Source: Scyliorhinus canicula (taxonomy: Eukaryota). From it: DNA of 64,000 bases. Where the stretch lies: NCBI RefSeq assembly GCF_902713615.1, contig NC_052147.1:22184276-22248275 (forward strand), given 5' to 3'. Made by a program: the position numbers and the translations under genes. The first letter of the stretch is position 1, and every line of letters starts with the position of its first letter. A model generated the notes under the pieces. It did not search any database. It saw only the letters and a program-made list of their open reading frames with translations, and was not told where the DNA came from. Positions 35,196-47,882 of the stretch are shown piece by piece.

Positions 35196-36078
35196 GGCAG
35201 CACGGTGGCTCAGTGGTTAGCACTGCAGTCTCACGGCGCCAAGGTCCCAGGTTCGATCCTGGCTCTGGGTCACAGTCCGTGTGGAGTTTACACATTCTCC
35301 CCGTGTTTGCATGGGTTTTACCCCCACAACCCAAAGATGTGCATGGTAGGTGGATTGAACACGCTGAATTGCCCCTTAGTTGCCACCCAGGTTAATAGGG
35401 CTGTTAAGAAGGCATATGGTGTGCTAGCCTTTATCAGTAGGGGGATTGAGTTTCGGAGCCACAAGGTCATGCTGCAGCTGTACATAACTCTGGTGCGGCC
35501 GCACCTGGAGTACTGCGTGCAGTTCTGGTCACCACATTACAGGAAGGATGTGGAAGCTTTGGAAAGGGTTCAGAGGAGATTTACTAGGATGTTGCCTGGT
35601 ATGGAGGGAAGGTCTTACGAGGAAAGGCTCAGGGACTTGAGGTTGTTTTCGTTAGAGAGGAGAAGGCTGAGAGGTGACTTAATAGAGACATATAAGATAG
35701 TCAGAGGGTTAGATAGGGTGGACAGTGAGAGTCTTTTTCCTCGGATGGTGATGACCAACACGAGGGGACATAGCTTTAAATTGAGGGGTGATAGATATAG
35801 GACAGATGTCAGAGGCAGTTTCTTTACTCAGAGAGTAGTAGGGGTGTGGAACGCCCTGCCTGCAACAGTAGTAGACTCGCCAACTTTAAGGGCATTTAAG
35901 TGGTCACTGGATAGACACATGGATGAAAATGGAATAGTGTAGGTCAGATAGGCTTCAGATGGTTTCACAGGTCGGCGCAACATCGAGGGCCGAAGGGCCC
36001 GTACTGCGCTGTAGTGTTCTATGTTCTATGTTCTAATTGGAAAAAATGAATTGGGTACTATAACTTTATTTAAAAAAT
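35196..36078 (+). mobile_element. Short A-tailed V-SINE split by a CR1 insertion
   Basis: Head 35196-35377, tail 36034-36078; 16-bp TSD cactgcaat(g/t)aagtca. Confidence 0.88.
35378..36033 (+). mobile_element. Young 5'-truncated CR1 (HER1-like) LINE with an intact ORF2 C-terminus
   Basis: Uninterrupted ~187 aa frame VKKAYGVLAFISRGIEFRS...LVRPHLEYCVQFWSPHY...RLRGDLIETYKI...WNALP..., stop at 35942, then 3' UTR and (gttctat)n tail. Confidence 0.95.
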
Positions 36079-36724
36079 CACTGCAATTAAGTCACTGTGA
36101 AAATCCCCTAGTCGCCACACTCCGGCGCCTGTTCGGGTGCACTGAGGGAGAATCCAGAATGTCCAATTCACCGAATAGTGCATCTTTCGCGACTTGTGGG
36201 AGGAAACCGGAGCTCCCGGAGGAAACCCACGCAGACACAGAGAGAACATGCAGACTCTGCACAGACAGAGACCCAGGCCGGGAATTGAACCTGGGACCCT
36301 GGTACTGTGAAGCAACAGTGCTAACCACTGTGCTACCGTGTTGCCCATGGTTCTGTAGCACATGATTCATATTTTGCATCTGTGAGTGGACAAGCTCATT
36401 CAAATGCGTCAAATTGTTAAGAGGACATGTCATATGCAGTGCACTAGTAGGGGAATTGCTAAACTGACAGTGGGAATATAGAACTCAAATGACGTTGCTC
36501 TCCTGGTAGCTAAGGTAATCATCAGAAAGCCATGTGTGCCACTTGCCTGACTTTTTGACATATGCTTTTGTTGGACAACATAGGGAAGTAAATGAGTTAA
36601 TACACCATCCAAACTTTCTGCTAACACCTGGTGCAAAAATATTTCCTGCCTTTGAGACTAACTCCTTTCAACACAAAAAAAATCCTCCAAAGTTAATTAT
36701 TATGAAAAGAAAATCTTTGTGAAA

Positions 36725-36983
36725 TGTTTTATAATGAACGTCACAAGATCCACAGGGATCACCCGATGGATCTCCATGTGGGGCCTGTGCAATACGAGCT
36801 CCCCCGCTGAAGGGCTGTGGCTATCAATTGGGGCTCATAGAATCAACCTTTAAGAGCCTGTCCGGATTGGGACCGGCATGATCAGTAGTCTCGGTTGGGA
36901 CCTATGAGCATTGAGGCCATTTCTTTTGATTATAAATAAACCTCCATTTGAATCACTTTCTTGTGTTCCCTGAGCTTTTATAT
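36725..36983 (+). mobile_element. Possible degenerate solo LTR
   Basis: TG start, GC-richer U3-like body, AATAAA at about 36935; no CA end or TSD resolved. Confidence 0.35.
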
Positions 36984-37019
36984 ATTTTCCCTGTGAGATA
37001 TCGGTGATGGGATAAAACA

Positions 37020-37380
37020 CAATCAAAGAATGTTGCAGTGCAGAAGGAGGCCATTTGGCCCATTATGGCTCTCCAAACGACTATCATGACTTTGTGGCAT
37101 TCTCCTCTTTTTCCCCATACCCCTGCACATTGTTTCTATTCGAGTAAATCATCTAACGCCTCTTGAATACCTCAATTGAATCTGCCGGCACCGCACTTCC
37201 AGGCAGCGCATTCCAGGCCCGAACGTCTTGTTGTGTGAAAAAGGTTTTTCCCACCTTGTATTTCCTTCCTTTTGAAAATCACTTTAAATCCGCGCCCTCT
37301 TGTTCATGAACCTTTTACAAGCAGGAACAGTTTTCTCCCTATCTACCCTGTCCAGTCCCCTCATGAGTTTGAACATAAAT
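37020..37380 (-). mobile_element. CR1 3' end remnant
   Basis: gcagaaggaggccatttggccc tail and decayed ORF2 end. Confidence 0.72.
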
Positions 37381-37386
37381 ATGGGT

Positions 37387-37712
37387 CATAGAACATAGAA
37401 CAGACAGTGCAGAAGGAGGCCATTCGGTCCATCGAGTCTGCACCAACCACTTAAGCCCTCACTTCCACCCTATCCCCGTAACCCAACAACCCCCCCTAAC
37501 TCTTTTGGACACTAAAGGCAATTTAGCATGGCCAATCCACCTAGCCTGCACGTCTTTGAACTGTGGGAGGAAACCGGAGCACCCAGAGGAAACCCACGCA
37601 GACACTGGGAAAACGTGCAAACTCCACACAGACAGTGACCCAGTGGGGAAATCGAACCTGGGACCCTGCCGATGTGAAGCCACAGTGCTAACCACTGTGC
37701 TACCGGCTGCCC
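37387..37712 (-). mobile_element. Full-length HE1-type V-SINE with CR1 tail
   Basis: (catagaa)n tail, V domain and tRNA head. Confidence 0.92.
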
Positions 37713-38184
37713 ACGTGGACTCTGCTCAGTTCCCATCACAGTCCTTTCACCTGGATTTTTAAAAAATCAGTAAAGATGGATATCAGAAAGACCTCAGTGA
37801 TGTTTGCCTGTTGCTGGATTTTACTAGTGTGAATGCTGCCATGTCAACCAGAATCCGTGCGTCCCCTCCTCCTAATTGGGATGGAACAATTGCCAAATGA
37901 ATGGGCTATTATGCTGCATTCTTTCATTCTTTCCTTCCCAGAGTGTTCAATCCCACTATTGACAGCACTTAAAGCAAAATATCATTGAGTACCCACACAG
38001 AATAAATACCCACACAGCACAAATACGTGTAGGCTTATGGGCTGCACAGGTGAAAGGTCAATTGTCCGACAACATCTTCACATTGGTTTAGTAAAATGGG
38101 TTATTCAGCAGGGATAGATTGCTTTAAACTGCTGTCAGCCTTGGGATTGATTATTTAGGGAAGCAATGCATGAACGAACTAGAT

Positions 38185-39000
38185 GTCAGTTGTGGCTCAG
38201 TGGATTTTCACCATGGAGCCAGGAGGGTTCAGGTTTCACATCTGAGGCTTTGAGCACAATGTCCAGGTTGGCACTCCTGTGCACTACTGAGGGAGTGCTG
38301 CATTTTTGGAGGTGCTTTCTTTCAGGTGCGACATCAAACTGCGGCCTGCTCATCCCTTTAAAGTGCAATTAAAAGATCTCATGGCACCATATTGAGGAGA
38401 TATAGGCAGCGTCCCCATCAATATTCATCCCTCAATATTAATCTTTATTATTGTCACAAGTAGGCTTATATTAACACTACAATGAAGTTACTGTGAAAAG
38501 CCCCGAGTTGCCACATTCCGGCACCTGTTCGGGTACACTGAGGGCAAATTCAGAATGCCCAAATCACCTAACAAGCACGTCTTTCAGGACTTGTGGGAGG
38601 AAACTGGAACACCCGGAGGAAACACACTCAGACACGGGAGAACGTGCAGACTCCACACAAACAGTGAGCCAAGCGGGAATTGAAACGGGACCCTGGTGCT
38701 GTGAAGCAACAGTGCTAACCACTGTGCCACCATGCTGCCTTGTCATTATTCTATCATTACAACATTGCTCCCCAACAGCCTCCCCGAACAGGCGGCGGAA
38801 AATATGGCAACTAGGGGCCTTTCACAGTAACTTCATTTGAAGCCTACTCGTGACAATAAGCGATTTTCATTTTCATTTCATTTAGAACCTGCTGTGTGAA
38901 AATTGGCTGTGTCCTGCCCAACAAAAGTGATCACACTTCAATAATACACTTTGAGATCATGAAAGGTTTGATGTAAATACAAGTCTTTCTTTCTTTAATA
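38185..39000 (+). mobile_element. DeuSINE (SacSINE1-like) interrupted by two other SINEs (38438-38719 on minus; 38775-38882 on plus)
   Basis: gtggctcagtgg head, actgagggagtgctgc, aatattcatccctcaa, ctgtgtgaaaattggctg, ending caagtctttctttc. Confidence 0.7.
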
Positions 39001-39614
39001 TCTCCACTAAAAATGGAGATCCAGAGCCAGGCCCTAAAAGAAAACTGCTACCTAATTGAATACCTCATTAAACAGACTAGCAAGACTTTGTGAAAAAATA
39101 CAGCACTGAAAAGCACCTTGGAATATACTTCCCGATCATTGATATTCTTTTTTGTTGAAAGATAAATAATTTGGACAACTTAAATCCTCACCTGTCCAAT
39201 GGAAACCTGATGGCTTGGCCATTAAATTCACCATGGTTTCTGACCTATCAGAAAGCCATTTGGATCCTATGATCTGCAACTTTAACCTGTTCTCCCCGTC
39301 AGGCAGCCAAGGCACCAATCCAGTTTCCATTGGGGTCTTTCTTTACATATGTGTCTTGAGTCCCAGTAACATCTTTAGGAGCCTTTTTCAACCTGAGGTT
39401 GCATGATAATAGGACTGGATCTTACTTCTACAGCCATGACTAAGGGTCCAATTCATCGCAACACCCATTGAGGGTCAAACCGGAGCATCCCACCTTTCTG
39501 TGGCTCCAATTGGAAATGGCAGATGTTCATTGAGAAGAGAAAGATAGCTAACAAACGACAAAACAAACCAAGTACAGAAGAGTAATGTATCATGCAGCTA
39601 AGAAGGCCCACAGC

Positions 39615-40170
39615 AGGGCAGCATGGCTGGGCAGTGGTTAGAACATACAGTGCAGAAGGAGGCCATTTGGCCCATCGAGTCTGCACCGACCCACTTAAGC
39701 CCTCACTTCCACCCTATCCCCGTAACCCAATAACCCCTCCTAATCTTTTGATCACTAAGGGCAATTTATCATGGCCAATTCACATAACCTGCGCATCTTT
39801 GGACTGTGGGAGGAAACCGGAGCACCCAGAGGAAACCCACGCAGACACAGGTAGAACATGCAGACTCCGCACAGACAGTGACCCAGCCGGGAATCGAACC
39901 TGGGCCCCTGGCGCTGTGAAGCCACAGTGCTATCCATTTGTGCTACCGTGCTGTCCACAGTTAGCATTGCTGTCTCACGACACCGAGGTCTCAGGTTCGA
40001 TAACTGCTCTGGGCCACTGTCCGGTGTGGAGTTTGCACATTCTCCCCATGTTTGCATGGGTTTCACCCCCAAAACCCAAAAGATGTGCAGGGTAGGTGGA
40101 TTGGCCATGCTAAATTGCCCCTTAATTGGTAAATAAATGAATTGGGTACTGTAAATCTATTTAAAAAAAG
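39615..40170 (+). mobile_element. Short A-tailed V-SINE with an antisense HE1 (39640-39957) inserted in its head
   Basis: gggcagcatggctgggcagtggttag ... ttagcattgctgtctcacg resumes after the minus-strand HE1. Confidence 0.85.
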
Positions 40171-40265
40171 AAAGTCCACAGCATTTCCCAGGCATTTTTT
40201 TCAACAAAACCAGTAAGAAAATGGTAAATCATTCAACTCAATTATGTAATTCCTGAATCCACCAG

Positions 40266-40495
40266 GGAGCACAGTGGTGCAATGGTTAGCGCTGCTGCCT
40301 CATGGCGTCGAGGACCCAGGTTCACTCCCGGCCCTGGGTCACTGTCTGTGTGTCGTTTGTACCTTCTCCCCGTGTCTGCAATGGTCCCATCCATACAACC
40401 CAAAATGATGTGCAGGGTAGGTGGATTGGCCATGCTAAATTGCCCCTCTATTGAAAAAAAAAAATTGGGTACGCCAAATTGAAAACAAAAAATTT
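40266..40495 (+). mobile_element. Short A-tailed V-SINE
   Basis: Consensus match. Confidence 0.88.
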
Positions 40496-40609
40496 TTGAT
40501 TACACAAATTGATATGGCAGGATTTACGTTTAATTCTTATTTCACGGTAAAACACATTTATGCAAAGGTACAATGGTAAGATAGCTTGGCAGTAATGCAT
40601 TGTGTACAG

Positions 40610-41235
40610 CAGGCATTTTCAATGTGGGGGTCGTGACCCATGGGTGGGTCATGGGCGGGTGTTGGGAAGTTCGCAGAGCCATCCATCGCAGTGATCCCGA
40701 TCGCGGGAATTCACGCGCAACGGCCACAGCAGCCGGTTTTTAACAATGCCGGCTTTAAAGAGCGGCCGTAAATTGACGGCCAACACCAGCTAAAAAAATG
40801 CGGGCGCACTGCGCCTGCATGCCAGATCATCAGTGCGCATGCCCGGTTACAGTGAGAAGCGCTGACCCAGGAGAAGTTTTTTAAAAACAAAATTCAATGC
40901 AATCTTCCTGCCTGAAGCAAGGAACACGCACCCCGAACACTGACATTACGTGCTTTGGGCGTGATTGCAAATCCTCCATTTTGTCAACAGCAAACAATTA
41001 AATGAGAACCAGGCAGGCTCACCTCACGCATTAAAGGTAAGAGAAAATGTTGGGTGGCGAGTGTCAACCGGCGTGGGTCGCGAAGGTTTGCCAGTTAGAA
41101 CATAGAACATAGAACATTACAGCGCAGTACAGGCCCTTCGGCCCTCAATGTTGCGCCGTCCTGTGAAATCCCTCTTTTGATAAAAATTTACTTTTGGTAA
41201 AAATGGGTCCCTGGAATAAAGTTTGAAAAACACTG
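40610..41235 (+). mobile_element. hAT (Buster-type) MITE with a CR1 tail insertion (about 41096-41170)
   Basis: TIRs caggcattttc / gaaaaacactg; perfect 8-bp TSD gtgtacag; retains the last codons RQAHLTH*. Confidence 0.88.
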
Positions 41236-41278
41236 GTGTACAGTGTATTTTCCAGAAAGTCAGAGAAGGTTAGACAGC

Positions 41279-41456
41279 GGGCTGGATTCTCTGGAATCCC
41301 TGCCGAATGTATCTGAACAGCACACCGTTCACTGGCAGCGGGACACTTGTCAATGGGATTTCCCATTGAAGCCACCCCGTGCCGCTGGGAAACCCACAGG
41401 TGGGGGTGCACTGTCGGCAGGAAAAGTGAACCGCAACTGCCGGAGAATTCCGGCTT
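41279..41456. mobile_element. Small Harbinger-type MITE
   Basis: gggctggattctc ... gagaattccggc termini. Confidence 0.7.
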
Positions 41457-41769
41457 GGATGTTACACCATAGAGCAGAACGTTAAATGCTGCACTCTGAA
41501 GTGGAACAAGCAAATGTTGGTGAAGACGATCAAAATATAACTGGCATGTTGTGTGCTGTCACTATGAACTCCATCAGAAGGCAGTGTAGTTTACATTACA
41601 GTATTATGTATACTATCAGCTGTAGGCTACAATAATACATTATTGACACAGGCTAAGGAACAGGAGTAGAAGTCAAAAGTATTACCATCGGTTTCACATC
41701 ACAACAATAAAGTTATATCACAAGGCACCATTCACTCAGATTCGTGGATTAAACAAGTAACCATTAAAC

Positions 41770-42003
41770 TTTTTTTAAAATTTTTTTTAATTTAGTGTAC
41801 CCAAATCACTTTTTCCAATTAAGGGGCAATTTAGCGTGGCCAATCCACCTAACCTGCACATCTTTGGGTTGTGGGGGCAAAACCCACGCAAACACGGGGA
41901 AAATGTGCAAACTGCACACGGACAGTAACCCAGAGCCAGGATCGAACCTAGGACCTCGGCACCGTGAGGTTGCAGGGCTAACCCACTGTGCCACCGTGCT
42001 GCC
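41770..42003 (-). mobile_element. Short A-tailed V-SINE
   Basis: Consensus match. Confidence 0.9.
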
Positions 42004-42538
42004 GTCAAGATGGGGGCATTGCTGCCAAGGGGTCACTGCCAGGGGGCACTGCCAAAGGGACACAAGTAGGGGGAACATGGAGGGGGGCTCCAACAAGAGC
42101 CTCTGGTGGGTGGGGTTACCCTCCTCCATTGGGGGGAGGGGGTTCCCCTTCTGTTTGTTGGGGTTGTCAGGATGTTTCCTTATTCACCAGGGGATCCTGA
42201 AGTCTGTGGGGGGGGGGGGGGGGGGGGGGGGGGGGTCCCGATCTCCATGAGGGTGGGGGTCCTGATGTCCATGGGGTGGGGGATTGAGGTCTGTGGGAGA
42301 AGCAAAGGGTCCCGATCTTCATGGGGGGGGGGGGGGGGGGTCCCCCAATCTCTATGGGTGGGGTGGTCGCAATGTACATGATGGGGGTTTCCAATGCTTG
42401 TCCTGGAGAGGGCCTTTAATAAGGGCTCCCCGACCTCTGATTCCCAGTGGTTTTAAGTCAGCTGGCTGTGTGAGCCTTGTGAGAAATGTGTGAGAAATTG
42501 CCTGATGCAGCCCCCTGTGCAATTATGGGGAAAATTGA

Positions 42539-42701
42539 GGGCTGGATTCTCCGCCGCGCCGTCCACATTTCTGCCCCGACCCGCCGGCGGGATTCTCCGT
42601 TACGCTTGCCGGTCAATGGGGTTTCCCATTGTGGGGCTACACCGTCGAGAAACCCCCAGGCGCCGGCAAAACAGAGAATCCCGCCGGCGGAGAATCCCTC
42701 C
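42539..42701. mobile_element. Small Harbinger-type MITE
   Basis: gggctggattctccgccg ... cggcggagaatccctccc TIRs with nested internal palindromes. Confidence 0.75.
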
Positions 42702-42911
42702 CTGCATCTACAAACTTTTAAATTTGGAATAAAGAGTAATGTGGTGTTCTACAATGGGCGGACAAAATGTGCACAGGAAGTGAAGGTTAAGCTTCATTGG
42801 TCTATCTAACATGCCCATGCAATGAAGCCATTATCCCTTGCCAACGATTACAAATTACAATTAAATGTTACCTTGAGCATCCCAATGTTCTTCACAGGGG
42901 TTAAACAGCCA

Positions 42912-43228
42912 AGGGGTGGTGGTGGCATAATGGTACTGTCACTGGACTAGTAGTCCAGAGACCTAGGGAGACCCAGGGAAATGCTCTGGAAACCCAGGGT
43001 CAAATCCCACCACTGCAGATGGTGAAATTTGAATCAAATAAATATCTGAAACCATTTATGGTAACCATGAAACCATTGTTGATTGTTGGAAAAACAAACC
43101 CACCTCGTTCACTAATGTCGTTTTGGGAAAGATACCATTCTGGCCTACGCCTCTTAACTGCCCCCTCACAGGCAATCAGGGATAAATACCCCAGCCAGTG
43201 CGTCCAATGAACGAATAAAATAAAATTC
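42912..43228 (+). mobile_element. tRNA-like SINE sharing its 3' tail with the CR1 family at about 49940
   Basis: ggtggcataatggt head, gggtcaaatccc B-box-like, tail ggcaatcagggat...ccagc...aatgaacgaataaaa; second copy at 58015-58382. Confidence 0.65.
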
Positions 43229-44825
43229 ATACTGAGTCAATGAAAGAGACACTAGGACAAGTGCCTAAGTACTGAATCAAAGTGATAAGCTGTAAGGAGG
43301 AGAGAAAGGCAGGGATGTTTTCTAACAGTCATAATTTGCAAAATTGAGTTGATCAACAGTGCTTTCAGTCAGGAACGTATGTTTTTTTGAAATCCATTGA
43401 ACCTTCTTACTCAAAAAAGCAGTGTTAGTGATTTATTCTATTTGTCAATCAGCCTTTTGTTGAAGGAAAGTCTATCAAATTTAATTTCATTTTCTTTACC
43501 TTTAATTTGTCACCTTGGTTCCGGAATTGTGCATTGAGCAGGAAAGCATTTCTGATTCCCCCTTATTAAACCTCGTCATCGACTCAAGGATTTTACCTTT
43601 TTCTTTCTCTCTGTAACAAAGAAAAGTCCTTGACATTAACCAGCACATAACAAGAGGGAGGAGATGTTGGGAGAAGGTGACCCCTAGCTGATGTATACGC
43701 CCGTGCTACCATTTATACAGTGACTGAAAACTTAGTGTGCCACTGTTCCATCTTGGAGAGGCATGGCACTTCATTAACATATTTAAATTGAGCTTCCACT
43801 GTGCCACTTGGAGCCTTATTTAAATAATGCAGCTGCTGCCCAGGGAAAACTGGCATCAAAATGGAGGTGGTACTGCTGACCTTCTGATAACACTCGCTGT
43901 GAGGCAGGAGAGACTCCCTCCCCCCATCCCGGATCCCTCAAGGAAACCTCCAACCTCCCCTCTGCCAAAAGCAGCCTCCCGCTAGCCGTGGCTGTGTTCA
44001 CCAGCACCCCTCCCCCTACACCTGAAGCCTCCTCTCTTTCCAATTGTGACTGATCCACTGCCCCTGACTCCTAAGCTCTGGCCCTGCAGCTGTCCACCTT
44101 CCCATAGCTGGGGCCGCTTCCTGAGCTTCCCAATCTGGCCGCCTGCCAGATGGGACGTGGAATAAAGAAATGATATTGAGGTCTTTCATTTTGGTCTGAA
44201 GTCTCCCTTCTTGCACTTGTGGAGTCATTGGCTGGATTCAACGACTCCTGCTCCTTCCCAGTAAATATAAGAGTCATCCGTGGCCTTACCACAATCTCAC
44301 CTCTTTCGGGTCAGGAAAGTGCTGCAATGGAGCTCATCATTTTCCCTTTGTTACCTTAGCAAACTCAACACCCATGATGGTGTCTGTGACCGATCCACCA
44401 ATGCAGAAGCTTCCACTGTTGCTCTGACAACTCCAGCCTGTTCTCACTGAGTACATGTTCATTTTTGATGCAGGTCACTTCACCTGGCGCACAATGCAAC
44501 ATGCCACCTTCCTGTCTTCAAACTCACTGGCATCAATTGTAACACAGGTTGGGTTTTGGCGCACAGGGTTCAGGAGCTGATCAGTGTTAACAGGCAGGGT
44601 CATTTAAGAAATTGAAATTTGACTGCTGCCTGGTGATTTTGCAGCTGGAAGCAATGGTGTGGGTGGGGGTGTGTGTGGGGGGAAGGGGGCAGGAATTAGG
44701 TGGAACCCGAGGGAACTGTCGCCACCAGAAGACCACCATCTACGAAACACAAGTCACGAGTGTGATGCGATACTCTCCACTTACCTGGATGAGTGTGGCT
44801 CCAGCAGCAAAGAGCATCCCACCCT

Positions 44826-47493
44826 GAGTGGAGTGAGTAAGTGGAGGTGAGTCTGAAAGACTGAGTGAGGGGGGTGAGTGTAAGAGACTGAGTGAGCGGG
44901 TTGAGTGTGAGGGACTGAGTGAGTGGGCGTGAATGTTAGAGACTGAGTGAGTGGGAGTGAGTGTGAGAGACTGAGTGAAGGGGGTGAGTGTAAGAGACTG
45001 AGTGAGTGGGGGTGAGTGTGAGGGACTGTGTGTGGGGGTGAGTGTGAGTCAAATGTGGGAGACTGAGTGAGTTGCGGTGAGTGTGAGGGACTGAGTGAGT
45101 GCGGGTGAGTGTGAGGATCTGAGTGAGTGAGTTGCGGTGAGTGTGAGGGACTGAGTGAGTGGGGGTGAGTGTGAGGGACTGAGTGAGTTGCGGTGAGTGT
45201 GAGGGACTGAGTGAGTGGGGGTGAGTGTGAGGGACTGAGTGAGTGGGGGTGAGTGTGAGGGACTGAGTGAGTTGCAGTGAGTGTGAGGGTCTGAGTGAGT
45301 TGCGGTGAGTGTGAGGGACTGAGTGAGTGAGTTGCGGTGAGTGTGAGGGACTGAGTGAGTTGCGGTGAGTGTGAGGGTCTGAGTGAGTGAGTTGCGGTGA
45401 GTGTGAGGGACTGAGTGAGTGAGTTGCAGTGAGTGTGAGGGACTGAGTGAGTTGCGGTGAGTATGAGGGACTGAGTGAGTTGCAGTGAGTGTGAGGGTCT
45501 GAGTGAGGTGCGGTGAGTGTGAGGGACTGAGTGAGTGGGGATGAGTGTGAGGGATTGAGTGAGTGGGGTGAGTGTGAGGGGCTGAGTGAGTGGGGGAGAG
45601 TGTGAGGGACTGAGTGAGTGGGGTGAGTGTGAGGGACTGAGTGAGTTGCAGTGAGTGTGGGGGACTGAGTGAGTGAGGGGGACTGAGTGAGTGAGGTGCG
45701 GTGAGTGTGAGGGACTGAGTGAGTGGGGATGAGTGTGAGGGATTGAGTGAGTGGGGTGAGTGTGAGGGGCTGAGTGAGTGGGGGAGAGTGTGAGGGACTG
45801 AGTGAGTGGGGTGAGTGTGAGGGACTGAGTGAGTACGTTGAGTGTGAGGGGCTGAGTGAGTTGGGGTAAGTGTGAGGGACTGAGTGAGTGAGTGGGGGTG
45901 AGTGTGAGGAACTGAGTGAGTGAGTGGGGGTGAGTGTGAGGGACTGAGTGAGTGGGGTGAGTGTGAGGGACTGAGTGAGAGGGGGTGAGGGCGAGGGACT
46001 GAGTGGGGATGAGTGTGAGGGACTGAGTGTGTGGCGGTGAGTGTGAGGGACTGAGTGAGGGGGTGAGTGTGAGTCGAGTGTGGGAGACTGAGTGAGTGGG
46101 GGTGAGGGCGAGGGACTGAGTGAGTTGGGGTGAGTGTAAGGGACTAAGTGAGTGGGGGTGAGTGTGAGGGACTGAGTGGGGGTGAGTGTGAGAGACTGAG
46201 TGAGTGGGGTGAGTGTGAGGGACTGAGTGAATGTGAGTATGAGGGACTGAGTGAGTGGGATGAGTGTGAGGGACTGAGTGAGTGGGTGTGAGTATGAGGG
46301 ACTGTGAGTGGGGGAGAGAGTGAGGGACTGAGTGAGTGGGGGGGAGGGCGAGGGACTGTGAGTCGGGGTGAGTGTAAGGGACTGAGTGAGTCGGGGTGAG
46401 TGTGAGGGACTGAGTGAGTTGGGGTGAATGTGAGGGACTGAGTGAGTGAGGGTGAGTGTGAGGGAGTGAGTGAGTGGGGGGGAGGGCGAGGGACTGAGTG
46501 AGTCGGGGTGAGTGTGAGGGACTGAGTGAGTGGGGGTGAGTGTGAGGAACTGAGTGAGTCGGGGTGAGTGTGAGGGACTGAGTGAGTGAGTGGGGGTGAG
46601 TGTGAGGGACTGAGTGAGTGAGTGGGGGTGAGTGTGAGGGACTGAGCGAGTGGTGGTGAGTGTGAGGGACTGAGTGAGTGCGGGTGAGTGTGAGGACAGA
46701 GAGTGGGGGTGATTGTGAGGGACTGAGTGAGTGGGGGTGAGTGTGAGGGACTGAGTGAGTGGGGGTGAGTGTGAGGGACTGAGTAAGTGGGGGTGAGTGT
46801 GAGGGACTGAGTGAGTTGCGGTGAGTGTGAGGGACTGAGTGAGTTGCGCTTCGTGTGAGGGACTGAATGAGTTGCGGTGAGTGTGAGGATCTGGGTGAGT
46901 GGGGGTGAGTGTGAGGGACTGAGTGAGTGGGGGGGAGGGCGAGGGACTGAGTGAGTGGGGCTGAGTGTGAGAGACTGAGTGAGGGGGTGAGTGTGATGGT
47001 CTGAGTGAGTGGGGTGAGTGTGAGGGACTGTCAGTGGGGGTGAGTGTGAGGAACTGAGTGAGTTGCGGTGAGTGTGAGGGACTGAGTGAGTGGGGGTGAG
47101 TGTGAGGGACTGTCAGTGGGGGTGAGTGTGAGGAACTGAGTGAGTTGCGGTGAGTGTGAGGGACTGTCAGTGGGGGTGAGTGTGAGGAACTGAGTGAGTG
47201 GGGGTGAGTGTGAGGGACTGAGTGAGTAGGGGTGAGTGTGAGGGACTGAGTGAGTGGGGGTGAGTGTGAGGGACTGAGTGAGTGGGGGTGAGTGTGAGGG
47301 ACTGAGTGAGTGGGGGTGAGTGTGAGGGACTGAATGAGTGGGGGTGAGTGTGAGGGACTGAATGAGTGGGGGTGAGTGTGAGGGACTGAGTGAGTGGGGG
47401 TGAGTGTGAGGGACTGAGTGAGTGGGGGTGAGTGTGAGGGACTGAGTGAGTTGCGGTGAGTGTGAGGGACTGAGTGAGTGGGGGTGAGTGTGA
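44826..47493. repeat. G-rich minisatellite with ~28 bp unit, about 95 copies
   Basis: Unit tgagtgtgagggactgagtgagtggggg with variants (gttgcgg, extra gagt). Confidence 0.97.
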
Positions 47494-47777
47494 ATCTGTC
47501 TTACACCCAGTCTCAGGTTTTTCACTCACTCTCACCACCACACAAGCCAACAGATACACATAAACCCACTCCCATTCCCCCACCCACATACACTGACCCC
47601 CCCCCCAACCCTCTGGTCATTTTTATCACTTACTCTTCTTAACTTAAACATTTATTGTTATGCCATTGCTGCAATTTTGCTCAGTAATTGTTACTTTGCT
47701 TGGAACCCCAATTTAGCTTTGATATTCAGTTTGTTAATGTGCCACACTGACGTTTTTAAATTTTACTCGTTGTCCAG

Positions 47778-47882
47778 CGTCAGTGAGAAAAGTCCTCAAA
47801 TGTGCCACCCCCCAGGTTCTGGGCTACGTTCGACCTGAGGGAGCACTGCTGCGCCTCATGGCCCAAAAGGTATTATATAAAG
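47778..47882 (+). other. Candidate internal exon, 105 nt, phase 1-1
   Basis: Branch-like cactgac about 28 nt upstream, ttttactcgttgtccag| acceptor, AAG|gtaaag donor; single open frame SVRKVLKCATPQVLGYVRPEGALLRLMAQKVLYK. Confidence 0.3.

Larger units (their letters stand above)
35135..36347 (-). mobile_element. Hybrid V-head SINE hosting a nested V-SINE and CR1
   Basis: Tail at 35135-35195 and body at 36079-36347, separated by the nested insertions. Confidence 0.8.

Noticed and set aside
35187-35942. 251-aa ORF as a host gene
   Set aside because: A SINE-derived N-terminus fused by insertion to the CR1 ORF2 C-terminus.
47031-47589. His/Ser/Thr/Pro-rich mucin-like ORFs
   Set aside because: Artefacts of the 28-bp minisatellite.
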